Source: Cryomorphaceae bacterium
GTDB lineage: Bacteria > Bacteroidota > Bacteroidia > Flavobacteriales_D > Crocinitomicaceae
Direction: 5' to 3'
Assembly (NCBI GenBank): GCA_021299335.1
Contig: JAJTGF010000004.1
Location: 5,885-69,884 of the forward strand
DNA length: 64,000 nt
In this document: positions 26,221 through 35,678 of the stretch, piece after piece
Numbering within the stretch: the first letter of the stretch is position 1
Layout of the letters: every line of letters starts with the position of its first letter
Notes under the pieces: generated by a model
What the model was told of the DNA's origin: nothing
Databases searched by the model: none
What the model saw: the letters and a program-made list of their open reading frames with translations, nothing else
Made by a program: the position numbers and the translations under genes

Positions 26221-28845
26221 TTAGTAATTGTCGATGAAAAATCCTTTATATTCATCAAATTTCGAGGTTTCTATCAACTTTTTCAAATTTTCTTGATTGA
26301 TTATGAAAATTTTATTGTTTTGATAGTCATCTAAATACTCAGCTCCGGCCTTATAGGCATTGACGAAATCCCAGGCAATTTTGGTTGTTGGGAATTCCGA
26401 CACGAGCACAAAATTCTTTTCATCGAGTGTTGTTTTGACACTCGCCTTGACTTTTGAAGTCTTGAATGCTTTGGCAGCAAAATTGGAAACGGTTGTGCGT
26501 AAGTCGTCGGCCTCTTCATCATCGTCGAGTAAAATGATCACGAATTGGGGTACATTGGGAATATCGGTGAAGATAGATTGTTCTTTGGCTCCTTGATTGA
26601 CTTCAAATTTAGAATACCCTTTTTTGAGAATATCCAACATTTCTTTAGCGCGAACTGCTTGGTCAGACTTTGGTTTTTCATCGATGATGCGCTGAAGGAG
26701 TGGCACGAGTACTTGCTTGTCTGAAACTTGCTGCCCAGTAGCTAGGGCGTTGAGCAAAAGATACTCAGCGCGGTAAGCGTTGGCTGGGTCGGAGTCAATG
26801 ATTTGTTGTGTGGCGGTTTGAACTTGGGCAAAATAACCTTGATCATACTTTGTGACTAATGCGAGGTAAGCTTCTTGGTCTTTTTGCGCACTGAGTTTTT
26901 GCTTGACATAAAAATCGGGGTCTTGGAAATATTTAGCTGCATCTGAGCTTGGATACTTCTTTAATATGTATTGACGGTATTTATCGGCATCTGAAGTGGC
27001 TTCGTAAATTTTGTAGAGTTGAAAAGCCGCGGATAGGTCTGTAGGGTGATCGAGATTTTTGTCGAGAATTGCTAAGAATTGGGCTGCGGCAAGTTCTGTT
27101 TCGTTGAGAATTTCTTTGTAAAGCACTCCGGAAGTGTAGAGTGCTTCTAGCAAACGCTCTTGAGAAGCCTTGAATGCGGCTGGAGTGAGTGGAATATCTT
27201 TGAGTAGGCGTTCAATGGAAAGGGAATCTTTTTGTTCGGGTGTAGCATTGGCCTGGGTGCTATCTTGTCCAGCGACCGCAATATTGGCGTTCAAAATGAT
27301 GCGTTCACTACGGCGCCAGTCGTCGGTGTTTTCTCGAAAGCCCCAGTTTTTGCGAAACTCGTTGTATCCTTCTTCGCGGAGTTTGGGGTTATTGAAGATA
27401 AATTTGTTGCTATTTGCATTATTGTTTACGGGCTGGCTCTGCTGCAGTGCAAGCAGCTTGGCGGCTTCAAGTTCTTTGCGGCGCTGCTCGTCGCGTTTGA
27501 TTTGCTTGAGGGTTTCTTTGAGGAAATCTTCGCGGTCTTTTTCGGAGAGCGCGGCAATTTTTTGAACGGAATCTTCGAATTGAGCGATTTCAATGGCCTT
27601 GACCAAATCGGCAAGTTTGGTTGCTTTACTCTTGATTTGTTCGCCGTTAGGGTAGTCTTCGGTGATAAAGCGCGAACTGGAATCGTAGTATTTCTGAGCA
27701 AAGACAAAGTTTTTATCTTGGAAGGAGATGTCGCCGAGCTTTTCGTAGGCCTGAGCGCGTTGTCTTTTATTATTATTGGAGTAAAAAGCAGCAGACGTGA
27801 GGTGCGACTTTGCCAACGGTTTATTGCCTTTGTTGAGTTCCATCAAGGCCATAGCATAATAAATTTGATCCTTGAAGGTGGCATTCTTGGCATCGCGCAG
27901 CATCTTTTGAAGGTCTGCCATGAGGCGGTCGTCGCCGCTGACAATTGCTCTGTTGAGGCGTGCATTGAATGCGATGTCGGGCGCTGCAGCCGCCTTGAAT
28001 GCCTTGCCATAATGAATGGCAGCTTCAGGCAATTGATTTTGTTGTTGATAGACTTGCGCCAAAATATAATTTAAACGCGCTTTTTCTTTTGCATCTGGAC
28101 ATTTGTCGATGGCTAACTTAAGGCCCTCCACAGCAGCATCGTATTCTCTGCGACGCAGTGCGAGGTCTGCGTAGGTGCGGTGGATCTCAAATTGAAGTTT
28201 TTTGGTCATCTGAGGCCCCGCTTCCGGGTTTTTGTTGCGCAAGAAAGGGATGTAATCCGTCAGCTTTTTGTCGTTTTGGATTTCTGCTCGCTCATTGAGG
28301 GCATCTAAAATGAGTTTGGCATCGGCGTATTTGCGTTGTTCGATGTCAATTCGAGCTAGCCATAAACTGGCCACGTACAGACTTGGGTCTTTGTCAAAAA
28401 AACGCTTGACAAACTCAAAATTGTCGCGTGCTTTGGCGTAATCGCGTCTGTAAAAATAGGCCTCTCCTACTGTCAGCCAGTTTTCATCGATCCATTTGTT
28501 GTATTCTACCGTTTTGTAGAACATGTTTTCTGCGGTCGGCATGCTGTGATTGAGGATGACTTTAGCACATTTGACCACGGCGGTGTCTATGGCCGGAAGC
28601 ATGCCCTTGACTTCTTTTTCAGTTGGAACCGGAAAAACAGGAAGAAGGGTGTAGAAATCTTCTTTGCGGCTATCTTGGTAGGTCTTTAAGGAAATTCGAA
28701 GTAATTCTTTGGCGTTGAAATGCCCGTTGTATTTAGCAGTTGTTTGGTGATAAAAGCGATTGAGCGGCGTATTGTTTTCTGTAGAACAAGCCCATGACAA
28801 AAGGAGCAGTAGCGATGTCAGTAAGAGGTAAAGGCTTGTGCGCAT
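26221..28845 (-). CDS. TPR-repeat lipoprotein, PorW/SprE-like T9SS component candidate
   Basis: About 874 aa from the ATG at 28845, with a lipobox (LLLSWAC) followed by STENNTPLNRFYHQTTAKYNGHFN. From memory this resembles the SprE/PorW N-terminus. It has many TPR-like helices and a size similar to SprE. Confidence 0.5.
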   Translation of the reverse strand: MRTSLYLLLTSLLLLLSWACSTENNTPLNRFYHQTTAKYNGHFNAKELLRISLKTYQDSRKEDFYTLLPVFPVPTEKEVKGMLPAIDTAVVKCAKVILNHSMPTAENMFYKTVEYNKWIDENWLTVGEAYFYRRDYAKARDNFEFVKRFFDKDPSLYVASLWLARIDIEQRKYADAKLILDALNERAEIQNDKKLTDYIPFLRNKNPEAGPQMTKKLQFEIHRTYADLALRRREYDAAVEGLKLAIDKCPDAKEKARLNYILAQVYQQQNQLPEAAIHYGKAFKAAAAPDIAFNARLNRAIVSGDDRLMADLQKMLRDAKNATFKDQIYYAMALMELNKGNKPLAKSHLTSAAFYSNNNKRQRAQAYEKLGDISFQDKNFVFAQKYYDSSSRFITEDYPNGEQIKSKATKLADLVKAIEIAQFEDSVQKIAALSEKDREDFLKETLKQIKRDEQRRKELEAAKLLALQQSQPVNNNANSNKFIFNNPKLREEGYNEFRKNWGFRENTDDWRRSERIILNANIAVAGQDSTQANATPEQKDSLSIERLLKDIPLTPAAFKASQERLLEALYTSGVLYKEILNETELAAAQFLAILDKNLDHPTDLSAAFQLYKIYEATSDADKYRQYILKKYPSSDAAKYFQDPDFYVKQKLSAQKDQEAYLALVTKYDQGYFAQVQTATQQIIDSDPANAYRAEYLLLNALATGQQVSDKQVLVPLLQRIIDEKPKSDQAVRAKEMLDILKKGYSKFEVNQGAKEQSIFTDIPNVPQFVIILLDDDEEADDLRTTVSNFAAKAFKTSKVKASVKTTLDEKNFVLVSEFPTTKIAWDFVNAYKAGAEYLDDYQNNKIFIINQENLKKLIETSKFDEYKGFFIDNY

Positions 28846-28894
28846 GGACAATGAAAGGCGTTATAACGCAAAAATTGCGTTTTTAGTATGTAGG

Positions 28895-29605
28895 TTAAGC
28901 AATATTGGTAAAGACCTGCTGGATATCGTCGTCGTCTTCGATTTTATCGAGCATTTTTTCGATGTCGACGAGTTGTTCTTCGGAAAACTCAACTGGGCTT
29001 GTTGGAATGCGCTTGAGACTGGATTTCTGAACTTCAATTTGCATGTCTTCGAGGGCTTTAGCAATGGTGCCGAAAGAGGTGTAGTCTCCGTAGACAACGA
29101 TTTGCTCTTCTTCGATGTCGATTTGCTCACAGCCCGCATCGATCAGCTCTAATTCGAGCATTTCAGGGTCTAGTTCAGCGGTTTTGGCGATTTCAAAAAC
29201 ACTTTTGCGCGCAAACATAAATTCCATAGAGCCGTTTGGCACGACGGAACCACCAGCCTTGTTGAAATAAGATTTGACATTGGCGACAGTTCTAGTGGGG
29301 TTGTCGGTGGCGCATTCTACGTATACCAACACGCCGTGAGGGCCCTTTCCTTCGTAATTCACTTCGGTGAAAGAAGCAATATCTTTTTGAGCTGCGCGCT
29401 TGATCGCCGACTCGATATTGTCTTTGGGCATGTTTTCAGATTTTGCATTCTGAATAGCAGTGCGGAGCTTCGCGTTGGTAGTTGGATCCATGCCACCTTC
29501 TTTGGCTGCCATAGTAATGGCTTTGCCCAATTTTGGAAACATTTTGGACATTTTGTCCCAACGTTTTTCTTTTGCTGCTCTGCGGTATTCAAATGCTCTT
29601 CCCAT
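28895..29605 (-). CDS. YebC/PmpR family DNA-binding regulator
   Basis: 236 aa, [52 protein letters not shown]. Confidence 0.9.
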   Translation of the reverse strand: MGRAFEYRRAAKEKRWDKMSKMFPKLGKAITMAAKEGGMDPTTNAKLRTAIQNAKSENMPKDNIESAIKRAAQKDIASFTEVNYEGKGPHGVLVYVECATDNPTRTVANVKSYFNKAGGSVVPNGSMEFMFARKSVFEIAKTAELDPEMLELELIDAGCEQIDIEEEQIVVYGDYTSFGTIAKALEDMQIEVQKSSLKRIPTSPVEFSEEQLVDIEKMLDKIEDDDDIQQVFTNIA

Positions 29606-29669
29606 GGTGTGGCTTCTTTTTGGGCAAAAATAAGGAATTCAAGAAGAATTTTCAAGAGGCAGCTGGGCC

Positions 29670-30260
29670 TTAAGCTAAAATCTGCTCGATATAGTTCAGG
29701 AGTGGTTCTTTTCCGAATCCGGATTGGGCCGAGGTGGTGAAAACCGGTGGTAATTCAGCCCAAACTTTCAGCATCTCTTTTTTGTACTTGGCCAGGTTCT
29801 TTTGTAAGGCAGTGCTCGAGAGCTTGTCTATTTTGGTAAACACCATGGAAAAAGGCAGCCCTTTTTCACCGCACCAATTCATGAATTCTAAATCGATCTT
29901 TTGCGGCTCTAAGCGGGCATCAAGTAAGACAAAAATATTGTAAAGCGTCTCGCGCTTGGTAAGGTAGTCAGAAATAAAGCGCTCGAAAGAACTGCGCTGC
30001 GTGCGACTTACCTTTGCATAGCCATAGCCGGGTAAATCTACCAAATACCAATGTTCATTAATGAGAAAGTGATTAATAAGCTGGGTTTTTCCCGGAGTTC
30101 CAGATGTTTTTGCGAGTCCTTTTTTGGAAGTTAACATGTTGATCAACGAGGACTTACCTACGTTGGACCTTCCGATAAAAGCAAACTCAGGCTTGCCGTC
30201 TAGCGGACACTTGCTGACTTCTGTGTTGGAAATGGTAAATTCTGCGCTTTTAATTTGCAT
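29670..30260 (-). CDS. engB: Ribosome biogenesis GTPase YihA/EngB
   Basis: 196 aa with G1 [13 protein letters not shown]3 DLPGYG and G4 TKIDK. Confidence 0.9.
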   Translation of the reverse strand: MQIKSAEFTISNTEVSKCPLDGKPEFAFIGRSNVGKSSLINMLTSKKGLAKTSGTPGKTQLINHFLINEHWYLVDLPGYGYAKVSRTQRSSFERFISDYLTKRETLYNIFVLLDARLEPQKIDLEFMNWCGEKGLPFSMVFTKIDKLSSTALQKNLAKYKKEMLKVWAELPPVFTTSAQSGFGKEPLLNYIEQILA

Positions 30261-30264
30261 CTTG

Positions 30265-30272
30265 CAAAGTTA
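30265..30272 (-). promoter_or_regulatory. -7 box TAACTTTG abutting the engB start codon
   Basis: The reverse complement reads TAACTTTG. Only 4 nt separate it from the engB ATG at 30260. Confidence 0.4.
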
Positions 30273-30283
30273 CTTTAAACTTT

Positions 30284-30291
30284 TATTTTTG
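30284..30291 (+). promoter_or_regulatory. -7 box TATTTTTG, with TTG 19 nt upstream, for the MerR-family gene
   Basis: TTG at 30262-30264, a 19-nt spacer, then TATTTTTG. The ATG is at 30346. Confidence 0.5.
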
Positions 30292-30345
30292 CAGGCATTG
30301 CGAACAATCTATCTTCAAGGTTGTTAGGGTTTGACTACACAGCAG

Positions 30346-31128
30346 ATGGCAGAGTATAAAATAAAAGATATCGAAATCCTGACGGGCATTAAAGCCCATA
30401 CCATTCGTATTTGGGAAAAGCGCTATGGAATGCTCATTCCGGACCGCACAGACACTAAAATCCGAACCTACACCGACGCCGATTTATCATTTTTGCTCAA
30501 TGTGAGTTTATTGAACAAAAAAGGCTTAAAAATTTCCAAAATTGCCACCATGGGCACTACCGCCATTCATCATATGGTGTCTGAAATTCGGCTCAATTCT
30601 TCCATAGACAACGCCGAGGAAAAACTCATTTTAGCACTCCTCGAACTCGATGAGCAACTCTTCAGAAATACGCTCAACGACCTCATCAAAAACAAAGGGC
30701 TAGAGGCTACATTTGCAGAAAACCTCATCCCTTTTCTGGATCGCATTGGCGTCATGTGGTTGGTCAACAGCATTACTGCAGCACAAGAACATTTTATTTC
30801 GAACCTGATTCGTCAAAAAGTTATTACCGAAATCGATAAGCTTCCTATCCCGTCAAAATCGAACGAAAGTGTACTGCTTTTCTTACCAGAACACGACTGG
30901 CATGAAATCGGTTTGCTTTTCTACCAATATTTATTGCGCTCCAAAGGCCACTATACCTACTATCTCGGACAAAGTTTGCCTTACGATTCTCTTGTAGACT
31001 GCATAGATCGTCTCAAACCGACGGTGGTATTGAGCAGCTGGCTTACCGCAGTTGACCAACATTTCATTGTAGGATATTTCAAGCAACTCAATGCCGATGC
31101 GCCCTCATGCGCACTCCGCTGCACTTAA
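30346..31128 (+). CDS. MerR-family regulator with a cobalamin-binding-type C-terminal domain (CarH/LitR-like)
   Basis: The ATG at 30346 (MAEYKIKDIEILTGIKAHTIRIWEKRYG) is a MerR HTH. The C-terminal region carries the DxHxxG B12-binding signature (PEHDWHEIGL) followed by S.L-type strands. The track start at 30331 is a TTG. Confidence 0.7.
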   Translation: MAEYKIKDIEILTGIKAHTIRIWEKRYGMLIPDRTDTKIRTYTDADLSFLLNVSLLNKKGLKISKIATMGTTAIHHMVSEIRLNSSIDNAEEKLILALLELDEQLFRNTLNDLIKNKGLEATFAENLIPFLDRIGVMWLVNSITAAQEHFISNLIRQKVITEIDKLPIPSKSNESVLLFLPEHDWHEIGLLFYQYLLRSKGHYTYYLGQSLPYDSLVDCIDRLKPTVVLSSWLTAVDQHFIVGYFKQLNADAPSCALRCT

Positions 31129-31179
31129 AGGGCTTATTACCGAGGTGAAAAACTCTGCTAGTTTGCTTTCGCTTTTTGC

Positions 31180-33957
31180 TTAGAGCACAATATTCACAAT
31201 CTTACCGTGCACCACAATCACTTTCTTAGGGGTCTTGCCCTCGAGCCACTTTTGTGTTTCGGGTTTGTCAAGGATGCATGTTTCGACTTCTGCAGGAGTC
31301 AAAGATAAATCGAGTGTGGCTTTAAAGCGCATCTTGCCATTGAAAGACACCGGATAATCAAAACTGGATTCTTGTAGGTAGCTTTCGTCAAAAACGGGAT
31401 AGCTGGCATCAAAAATACTCGCTGCATCTGGTCGCAATTTGGACCAAATTTCCTCGCAAATATGCGGCGCATAAGGCGCCATGAGAATGGTGAGTTGCTC
31501 GAGAATATGGCGGTTGTTGCATTTTTGTTCAGAGAGCTCGTTGACGCAGATCATAAAACTCGAGACGCCTGTATTAAAAGAGAAGCGTTCGAGGTCATCA
31601 CTGAGTTTTTTAATTGTTTTGTGCAAGGTTTTGAGCGCGGCAGGGCTCGGTGCTGCGTCGCTAACTTCAAACTGACCATTGGGGTGAAACAAACGCCAGT
31701 ACTTTTTCAAGAAACCATGAACACCTGTAATTCCTTTGGTATCCCATGGTTTACTTTGTTCGAGTGGCCCGAGAAACATTTCGTACATGCGAAGGGTATC
31801 CGCACCGTATTTTTCGCAGAGGTCGTCTGGTGTGACTACGTTGTACCAGCGCTTGGACATTTTATCAACTTCTCTTTTCACCAAGACTTTTCCATCTGCA
31901 TTGCCTACAAATTCTTGCTGCGCATATTGTGGCTGCCAAGACTTGAGCGCATCGAGTTGAATGCTGTCATCGTCGTTGAGTAAGTCAATGAGGATACGGA
32001 CTTCTCTGAAACCATCATGGGAAGCAGGAAGCATATCAACCGAGTACATTTTTTGATCCGGACCAATGTAGGCAATGGCAGATTTGCCGAGGATCATGCC
32101 TTGATTGATGAGCTTGGCAAAAGGTTCGTCGAACTGAAGATAACCGAGGTCATATAGCGCTTTGGTCCAGAAACGCGCATAAAGTAAATGGCCTGTTGCG
32201 TGTTCGGAACCACCGATGTATAAATCGACTTGGTTCCAGTATGCCAGCTTTTCAGGATCGGCAAAAGTTTCTTGGTTGTGCGGGTCCATGTAACGCAAAA
32301 AATACCAAGAGCTTCCGGCCCAGCCTGGCATGGTATTGTATTCCATGCGCTCTCCTAACTGACAAGACCACGCCTCTTTTGCCGCTCTGGCCAATGGTGG
32401 TTCGCCATCTTCGGTAGGTAAATAAGCATCTACATCGGGTAAAGTGACAGGCAGCATAGTGTCATCGACGAGCTGTGGCAAGCCATCTTGGTAATAAACC
32501 GGAAAAGGCTCTCCCCAATATCGTTGTCTGGAGAAAACGGCATCGCGCAGGCGGTAATTGGTTTTGCCTTTACCAATTCCTTTGGCTTCGATAGCAGCTA
32601 TTGCTTTTTCCATGGCTGCTTTGTAATCGAGGCCATTTAAAAAATCTGAATTGGCAATGAAGGCATCTTTTTCGGCATAGGCCATTTCAGAAATATCTTT
32701 GTCGGCAAAAATAGCTGGGATTGGCAAGCCAAAATGTCTGGCAAAATCGTAGTCGCGTTGGTCTCCACATGGGACTGCCATCACGGCACCAGTGCCGTAA
32801 GAAGCCAAGACGTAATCTCCGATCCAAATCGGAATTTCTTGTCCTGTGAACGGATGCAAAGCATAAGCCCCCGTGAAGGCACCAGAGATATTTTTAACAT
32901 CGGCTTGGCGATCGCGTTCTGTCTTGAGTGCCGCTTGTTGCTGGTAAGCGGCTATTTCATCTTGCTGATCTGCCGTGCAGATTTGAGCGACAAACGGGTG
33001 CTCAGGCGCCAAGACCATAAAGCTCACGCCAAAAATGGTATCGGGGCGCGTCGTAAATACTTCGATTTGCAGTTCGGTATCCTTGACAGCGAAATGAACA
33101 CTTGCTCCTTTAGATTTACCAATCCAGTTGCGCTGTTGTTCTTTGAGTGCGTCGGTCCAGTCAATGCGGTCTAGGCCTTCTAGGAGGCGTTCTGCATAAG
33201 CTTTGATGCGCATAGACCACTGCATCATGCGTTTTTGTTCTACAGGATGGCCCCCGCGTTCAGAAACGCCATTGACGATTTCGTCATTGGCGAGCACAGT
33301 TCCTAAAGCCGGACACCAATTGACCCAACTCTCTGCGAGATAAGCCATTCGGTACTGTTGCAAAACCGCTTCTTTTTCTGCTGCGCTGTATGATGCCCAG
33401 GTTGAGGCAGAAAATATTTCTTCTTGGTCGCACACAGCGTTCACGCTTTGGTTTCCATCTTTTTCGAAAAGAGCGATCAGCTTGGCAATTGGCTCAGCTT
33501 TATTGGTCGATAAATCGTAATAAGCATTGAAGAGCTGCTTGAAGATCCATTGGGTCCATTTGTAGTACGATGGGTCTGAGGTGCGGACTTCTCGATCCCA
33601 ATCAAAACTAAAGCCCATGAGGTCGAGTTGTTCGCGATAGCGCGCAATATTTTCTTTGGTGGTAATCGCCGGATGCTGCCCGGTCTGAATAGCGTATTGT
33701 TCGGCGGGCAAACCAAAAGAGTCATAGCCCATCGGGTGCAAGACATTAAAACCTTTCAAGCGCTTGTAGCGCGCAAAAATATCCGAAGCAATATAACCGA
33801 GCGGATGCCCAACGTGCAAACCTGCACCAGATGGATAAGGGAACATGTCAAGGACATAAAACTTCGGTTTGCTGCTGTCTTCGGTGACTTGATATGTTTT
33901 GCGCTCCTGCCAAATTTGGCGCCATTTGGCTTCGATTGCGTTGAAAGTGTAGTCCAT
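31180..33957 (-). CDS. leuS: Leucyl-tRNA synthetase
   Basis: The ATG at 33957 (MDYTFNAIEAKWRQIW) is preferred. It has the HIGH motif HVGHPLGY and the KMSKS motif VDKMSKRW. About 925 aa. Confidence 0.95.
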   Translation of the reverse strand: MDYTFNAIEAKWRQIWQERKTYQVTEDSSKPKFYVLDMFPYPSGAGLHVGHPLGYIASDIFARYKRLKGFNVLHPMGYDSFGLPAEQYAIQTGQHPAITTKENIARYREQLDLMGFSFDWDREVRTSDPSYYKWTQWIFKQLFNAYYDLSTNKAEPIAKLIALFEKDGNQSVNAVCDQEEIFSASTWASYSAAEKEAVLQQYRMAYLAESWVNWCPALGTVLANDEIVNGVSERGGHPVEQKRMMQWSMRIKAYAERLLEGLDRIDWTDALKEQQRNWIGKSKGASVHFAVKDTELQIEVFTTRPDTIFGVSFMVLAPEHPFVAQICTADQQDEIAAYQQQAALKTERDRQADVKNISGAFTGAYALHPFTGQEIPIWIGDYVLASYGTGAVMAVPCGDQRDYDFARHFGLPIPAIFADKDISEMAYAEKDAFIANSDFLNGLDYKAAMEKAIAAIEAKGIGKGKTNYRLRDAVFSRQRYWGEPFPVYYQDGLPQLVDDTMLPVTLPDVDAYLPTEDGEPPLARAAKEAWSCQLGERMEYNTMPGWAGSSWYFLRYMDPHNQETFADPEKLAYWNQVDLYIGGSEHATGHLLYARFWTKALYDLGYLQFDEPFAKLINQGMILGKSAIAYIGPDQKMYSVDMLPASHDGFREVRILIDLLNDDDSIQLDALKSWQPQYAQQEFVGNADGKVLVKREVDKMSKRWYNVVTPDDLCEKYGADTLRMYEMFLGPLEQSKPWDTKGITGVHGFLKKYWRLFHPNGQFEVSDAAPSPAALKTLHKTIKKLSDDLERFSFNTGVSSFMICVNELSEQKCNNRHILEQLTILMAPYAPHICEEIWSKLRPDAASIFDASYPVFDESYLQESSFDYPVSFNGKMRFKATLDLSLTPAEVETCILDKPETQKWLEGKTPKKVIVVHGKIVNIVL

Positions 33958-33975
33958 GGTTGTAAATAGAATGCA

Positions 33976-33983
33976 CAAAGATA
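33976..33983 (-). promoter_or_regulatory. -7 box TATCTTTG upstream of leuS
   Basis: The reverse complement reads TATCTTTG, 18 nt upstream of the leuS ATG. Confidence 0.4.
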
Positions 33984-33995
33984 CAAAGCTTGTGC

Positions 33996-34709
33996 TTAAC
34001 GCAATAGAAAGTAGACGCCGAGAACTAAAAGCAATGCGTCATAGGAGCGTTTGGGTAAAAAAGTCTCGCGCTTTAAGACAAGTAATGCAAGCAAAATCCA
34101 AACGAAGGGCAATCCCATTAAATAGGCAAAGAAAGCCAACAGAAAAATTACCAGATAAGCCGTTGTGCCCTGGCCCATTTTACTTGCCAAGGTCTTGATT
34201 TTCCCGGTATCTTCTTCAATGTCTTCGGCATCGACTTGAATGCTCAACGCCAAATAAAAAATGAAAAATGGCAGGTATGCTAAATTCGCGTTGCCGGCAA
34301 ATGCGGGTATTAAATTGAGTTGGATGTACCACATCGTGGCAATCAGAAAGTTCTTAAGCAATGTGATCTGACGCCATGCAAGCCCCTTCAAATAAGTAAT
34401 GAGTAACACTAGCTGGAGCAACAAAAGTGACCAAAACCAAAGATAGGGTAATGACGACTTGTAGGCAAACAGATAAAAGGCCACTACAAAAGCCAACGAA
34501 AGCAAGTAACTGCCCTTTAAACGCGGCATTTCTTTCGTTTGAAAACCGAAGTAGACCAAGCCGATCAGGAGGCCATGAGCAACTGCTTTTGAAAGTAATT
34601 CTAAGTCGAATTGATCAACCACACGCGCCCAATGAAATAATCCGGCACTATAACACATTACATAGAACGCCAGCAGCAAATTGCGGAAATAACTACTTTT
34701 CAATGGCAT
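33996..34709 (-). CDS. Polytopic membrane protein with one UbiA-like Asp-rich motif
   Basis: About 237 aa from the ATG at 34709 (start uncertain; the track gives 34793). It has 7-8 hydrophobic segments. Only the second UbiA-type motif (DAEDIEEDTGKIKTLASKMG) is visible, and no N-terminal NDxxDxxxD. Confidence 0.35.
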   Translation of the reverse strand: MPLKSSYFRNLLLAFYVMCYSAGLFHWARVVDQFDLELLSKAVAHGLLIGLVYFGFQTKEMPRLKGSYLLSLAFVVAFYLFAYKSSLPYLWFWSLLLLQLVLLITYLKGLAWRQITLLKNFLIATMWYIQLNLIPAFAGNANLAYLPFFIFYLALSIQVDAEDIEEDTGKIKTLASKMGQGTTAYLVIFLLAFFAYLMGLPFVWILLALLVLKRETFLPKRSYDALLLVLGVYFLLR

Positions 34710-35678
34710 CAATGATTTGCTCAATTTTAATTTGTGCGATGCAAGCACACTCCTGGCCAGCCGAACATTGTGCGCATTTAGGGTCGTGTTCAAGTGCTAC
34801 AGACTTATTGCCCAATGCCGCCCAGCGGCCAGGGTGTATAGGTCGGCGACTTGCAAATAAACCAACTGCCCGAATTCCGCATAGGCCCGCCAAATGATAG
34901 GGGCCAGTCGAACAGGCGACCAACGCTTTGGCTTGCGAAATAATGGCAATGAAAGTCAGAAGATCCCAATGGCCAGTTGCATCAATCATTTTTGGATTTT
35001 GCGGAAGTTGGTCCCGAAAGTACGCGCCTTCCTTTTCAGTTCCGGTAAAATAAACGGTGTAGCCCTTAGCGACTAATTGTTGCGCTAAATCCAGGTAGTG
35101 CGTTATCGGATACTCTACCCCACTTCCGTTCGATTTTGGATGAAGCAGGATTGTTTTGCTCCAATTGTTTTGTGCGAGTTCATGGGGCAAAACACTCGCC
35201 TTAAAGTTCAATTTTTGATTGATTTCATTGAGGGCTGGAAGAGCTGTTATGCCCATTGGCGCTAATAATTTAAAATTCAATTGTGCCTCATGTAATTCCG
35301 AGCGTTTGGGGTAAACCGCGGTCGAAAATTACAAGTCCAAAGATGAAAGAAACGATGTGCGGTGCCAATGCGCATTGGAATATTGGCTTGTTTGCACCAT
35401 TGAGCTACCATCCTATTTGGAAACAAATGAATGACGACATCGAATTTGCTGAGTTGCGTGTTTCGCTCTCCTTCAGGAGCTTGCTCTAGCTGCTCTAGGG
35501 TAAGGATATCCGAAATGGGCTCAAAACAAAACACCACTGCTTTGGTATAAGCGCTGCATAAATAAGTGAGTTCGCTGTCTGGAAAAGCGGATTTGATTGC
35601 TTGACACGCTGGCAAGGTGAGACAGACATCGCCAATGGCATCAGTCCTTGAAATCAATATGTTTCTGAATTCAGGCAT
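34693..35678 (-). pseudogene. Glycosyltransferase family 9 (heptosyltransferase-like) gene split by a 1-nt frameshift
   Basis: ORF 35277..35678 encodes a GT9 N-terminus (ILISRTDAIGDVCLTLPA). ORF 34693..35280 encodes a GT9 C-terminus (GSG..YP...Y..LA..L...GY.V.FTG...E; ACSTGPYHLAGLCG). The conserved LHEAQLNFKLL motif reads through the upstream stop in the downstream frame. The frames join at the run tttgggg (35305-35311). Confidence 0.7.

Noticed and set aside
27232-28074. 280-aa plus-strand ORF inside the TPR lipoprotein gene
   Set aside because: It is antisense to a well-supported 874-aa ORF with a lipobox and TPR periodicity. The composition (F/L/V/G-rich) is typical of the mirror frame of a K/E/A-rich gene.
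35277-35311. Programmed ribosomal frameshift in the GT9 gene
   Set aside because: There is no slippery heptamer with a downstream structure, and no precedent that I know of for this family. A simple homopolymer indel (error, mutation or phase variation) explains the sequence better.
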